Shown in pieces: positions 44,771 through 46,982 of a stretch of DNA of 46,982 bases. The stretch is from Callorhinchus milii (lineage: Eukaryota). Where the stretch lies: contig NW_024705412.1 of the NCBI RefSeq assembly GCF_018977255.1, positions 1 through 46,982 of the forward strand, given 5' to 3'. The stretch's first letter is position 1. Every line of letters starts with the position of its first letter. The notes below the pieces were generated by a model. That model made no database searches, was not told the DNA's origin, and worked only from the letters and a program-made list of their open reading frames with translations. Position numbers and translations under genes: made by a program.

Positions 44771-46982
44771 TGAGCAACAACCAAAGAAGAGATTTGAAAA
44801 AACCTTGCTTGCACGTCATTCCTTTACTATTTATTGCCTGATTAGAATTGTCATTTGATTTGATTCCTTGCATTTCAGAAAGTAGGATAGTATCACATTG
44901 TCGTGACAACTCCAAGACATTCAAAAGATTTTTTATTAAGTGACAGTTGTTGTGAAAATGTATTTCTGCAGAACCTCTACAACAGTTTGCCCACAACAAA
45001 GAGTCGTGACTTGAATGTCCAATTTTATCCTGGCAATTTTTGGCCACAACATAAAACAATTATTTGAATCACTTCAACGCCTACTAGATGGTCTATTAAT
45101 TTGTTAGGTTTGCGGTTTTAGCTGGTTATCATCCAGCAATTTCTCCGGCAGACTCTGCAATCCGCAAATCTGGTCCAAATAGTTCATGGAATTAGATGAA
45201 CAGGCTGTTCCCTGGTAAACCATACTAGCTTCATTCTGAACTCTTGCCACCAATCACAGTGCAGTTGCTCACATGTATAAGAAACAATTTGCAACAATTT
45301 TTTTAGAATTAACGTGTCAATCGCTGCTGCACTGGAAGTGTAATCACTTATTCCTGCAACACAGACTGTTTTATATTTAAATGAGGTGCATATTTGAGAC
45401 AACTGATTTTTATTGAAAATATGATCATCCAATATTGAAGATCAATTATCATAGAAGTATGATCAGCAATGACTGTGCGCAGAATATTTTTACATCATGC
45501 ATCAATAAGAGTGTAGTGGAGTGGTGATTTTTTTATTGAATCGATTCTTACTTGAATTTGTAGCCTCACTAGTTGGTGTAATCGGACCTCTCAGCGTTTC
45601 GAACGTTGTGTATTGTTTGAGACGAGTAGGTCCCGAGTGTAACTGATGGTGTTCGTGACATTATTTCAAGTGCGAAGAAAAACTGAAGAAGGATATGTGT
45701 TAAGGAAAAAAAGTTTTCGAGATCCAATCAAATACTGCCACTGTTTGCAACCAGAGTGCTGTTTATTAAATTCCGGGATCCGTCCAAGTTCCCGAAATGC
45801 GTGGGCAAGTGAGCACAATCAATAGATTCACTAACAGAACAATACTACCGCGTAATCCCTCCTCTTGGTCGTCTACTTCTGACTTCTAACTCTCAGGCTT
45901 CCATCCACGGTAGGTACTGTCCTGGGCGCGCCCCGATCTTGGTCTGGCACGGTGTCTTAAGCTTGTGTCCTTCCAATGATGGTGCGGACATTAAATCACC
46001 TAGCCAAAATCATGCTGGGTTCAAGTGAACAGCTCATGGAGTGTACGTGCCTCACACAGACAAACGCACTGTCTTTCAGACAGTCGGTTATCCCGTGTAC
46101 TTGTAGGGCAGTAGTACACATCTTGTCCTTGAGACACTCACGTGATCTCGTCAGTTTCAACTCATGAGTTTCAGTCCATTGCCCCCCCCCCCCACCCACC
46201 CCCACACACACTTAACTTAAAAGTTAACCCGTGCGCAACATCTATTATGATTCTAACATTATACAACAATTGTAAATTCTAAAAAACGGTCCAAATTTTT
46301 GTTGAGACAATACTTAGATTATTATATCCAGTGCTGTTCGACGCAGCACCAAAATGATGTTGCGTAAGTTGACAGGATAAAGAGGAGGGTGACCAACATG
46401 ATTGAGAGAAAGGAAGCATTGCACTATGAGGAGAGACGAAGTAAATTTGGCACGAATCTACTCAAACACTATTTCAATGAGCAAATAGAGTACTTGTGGA
46501 ACAGGGTGGAAACGAGAAGATTGAGAGGCATTAGAGATAAGTTCGATAGACAGTATAGATCAAGACTCTGTTTCAAATTGTCCAGAACAGTAAAACTGGA
46601 GGACATGAACTGCGATTGAACAGGGTTCAATTTAAAACGGATTTACTCATGCTTTATTTCAGTAAGCGAAAAGAGAACCTATGGAAAAGTCTCCCAAGCG
46701 AGGCGGTCAAAGCAGGAAGTGTTCATCTTTTCGTTCACTGATTTGATCGTTTTTTTTGAGGAAATAACTTTAAGGGTTATAATACATAGGTAGTTTGGGG
46801 CATCAGTGCAGGCGATATTGAGAACTATTCTTGAGTAACTTGCAGAACATTTTTTTACTGTTTGACGTAAATTTTAACGTTACATTGTCGTTGAACTTCG
46901 ACAAATGGCCAGAGATTTTGCGATATCGTGGAGGAACTTCATTTAGCTTTTCTGGTGGCAAATTGCTTTCTGTTTAATAATA

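Larger units (their letters stand above)
43285..46982 (-). repeat. Right arm of the inverted duplication (runs off the window end)
   Basis: Reverse complement of 28216-31913. Confidence 0.97.

Noticed and set aside
28578..46619. Identical ORF pairs (e.g. 130 aa, 144 aa, 107 aa) as duplicated genes
   Set aside because: Identity arises from the inverted duplication; they overlap tRNA relics or TE fragments and show no protein-family features

Overview
Eukaryotic, repeat-rich genomic DNA, most likely from a cartilaginous fish (Deu-domain SINEs, CR1/L2 LINE families and GPR139-like receptors point to a chondrichthyan, possibly a holocephalan; this is inference). The window is a dispersed tRNA gene cluster: four apparently intact genes (Pro-AGG with an unexpected 19-nt intron, Ile-TAT with a 20-nt intron, Thr-TGT, Lys-CTT) and about a dozen relics at different stages of decay, including an intron-bearing Lys-TTT relic. 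Interleaved are three members of a GPR139/GPR142-like class A GPCR family: one intact two-exon gene (minus strand, 35141-39031, 328 aa, GC-AG intron), one pseudogene with two lesions (3006-3926) and one heavily decayed fragment (about 18808-19196). The intact receptor lies in the 11.4-kb spacer of a near-perfect inverted duplication with arms of at least 3.7 kb (28216-31913 / 43285-46982). The rest is L2 and CR1 LINE fragments, tRNA-derived SINEs, micro/minisatellites, a probable solo LTR and an orphan CpG island. Most short ORFs in the supplied track are TE or microsatellite artefacts. All alignments were done by eye; TE boundaries are approximate.
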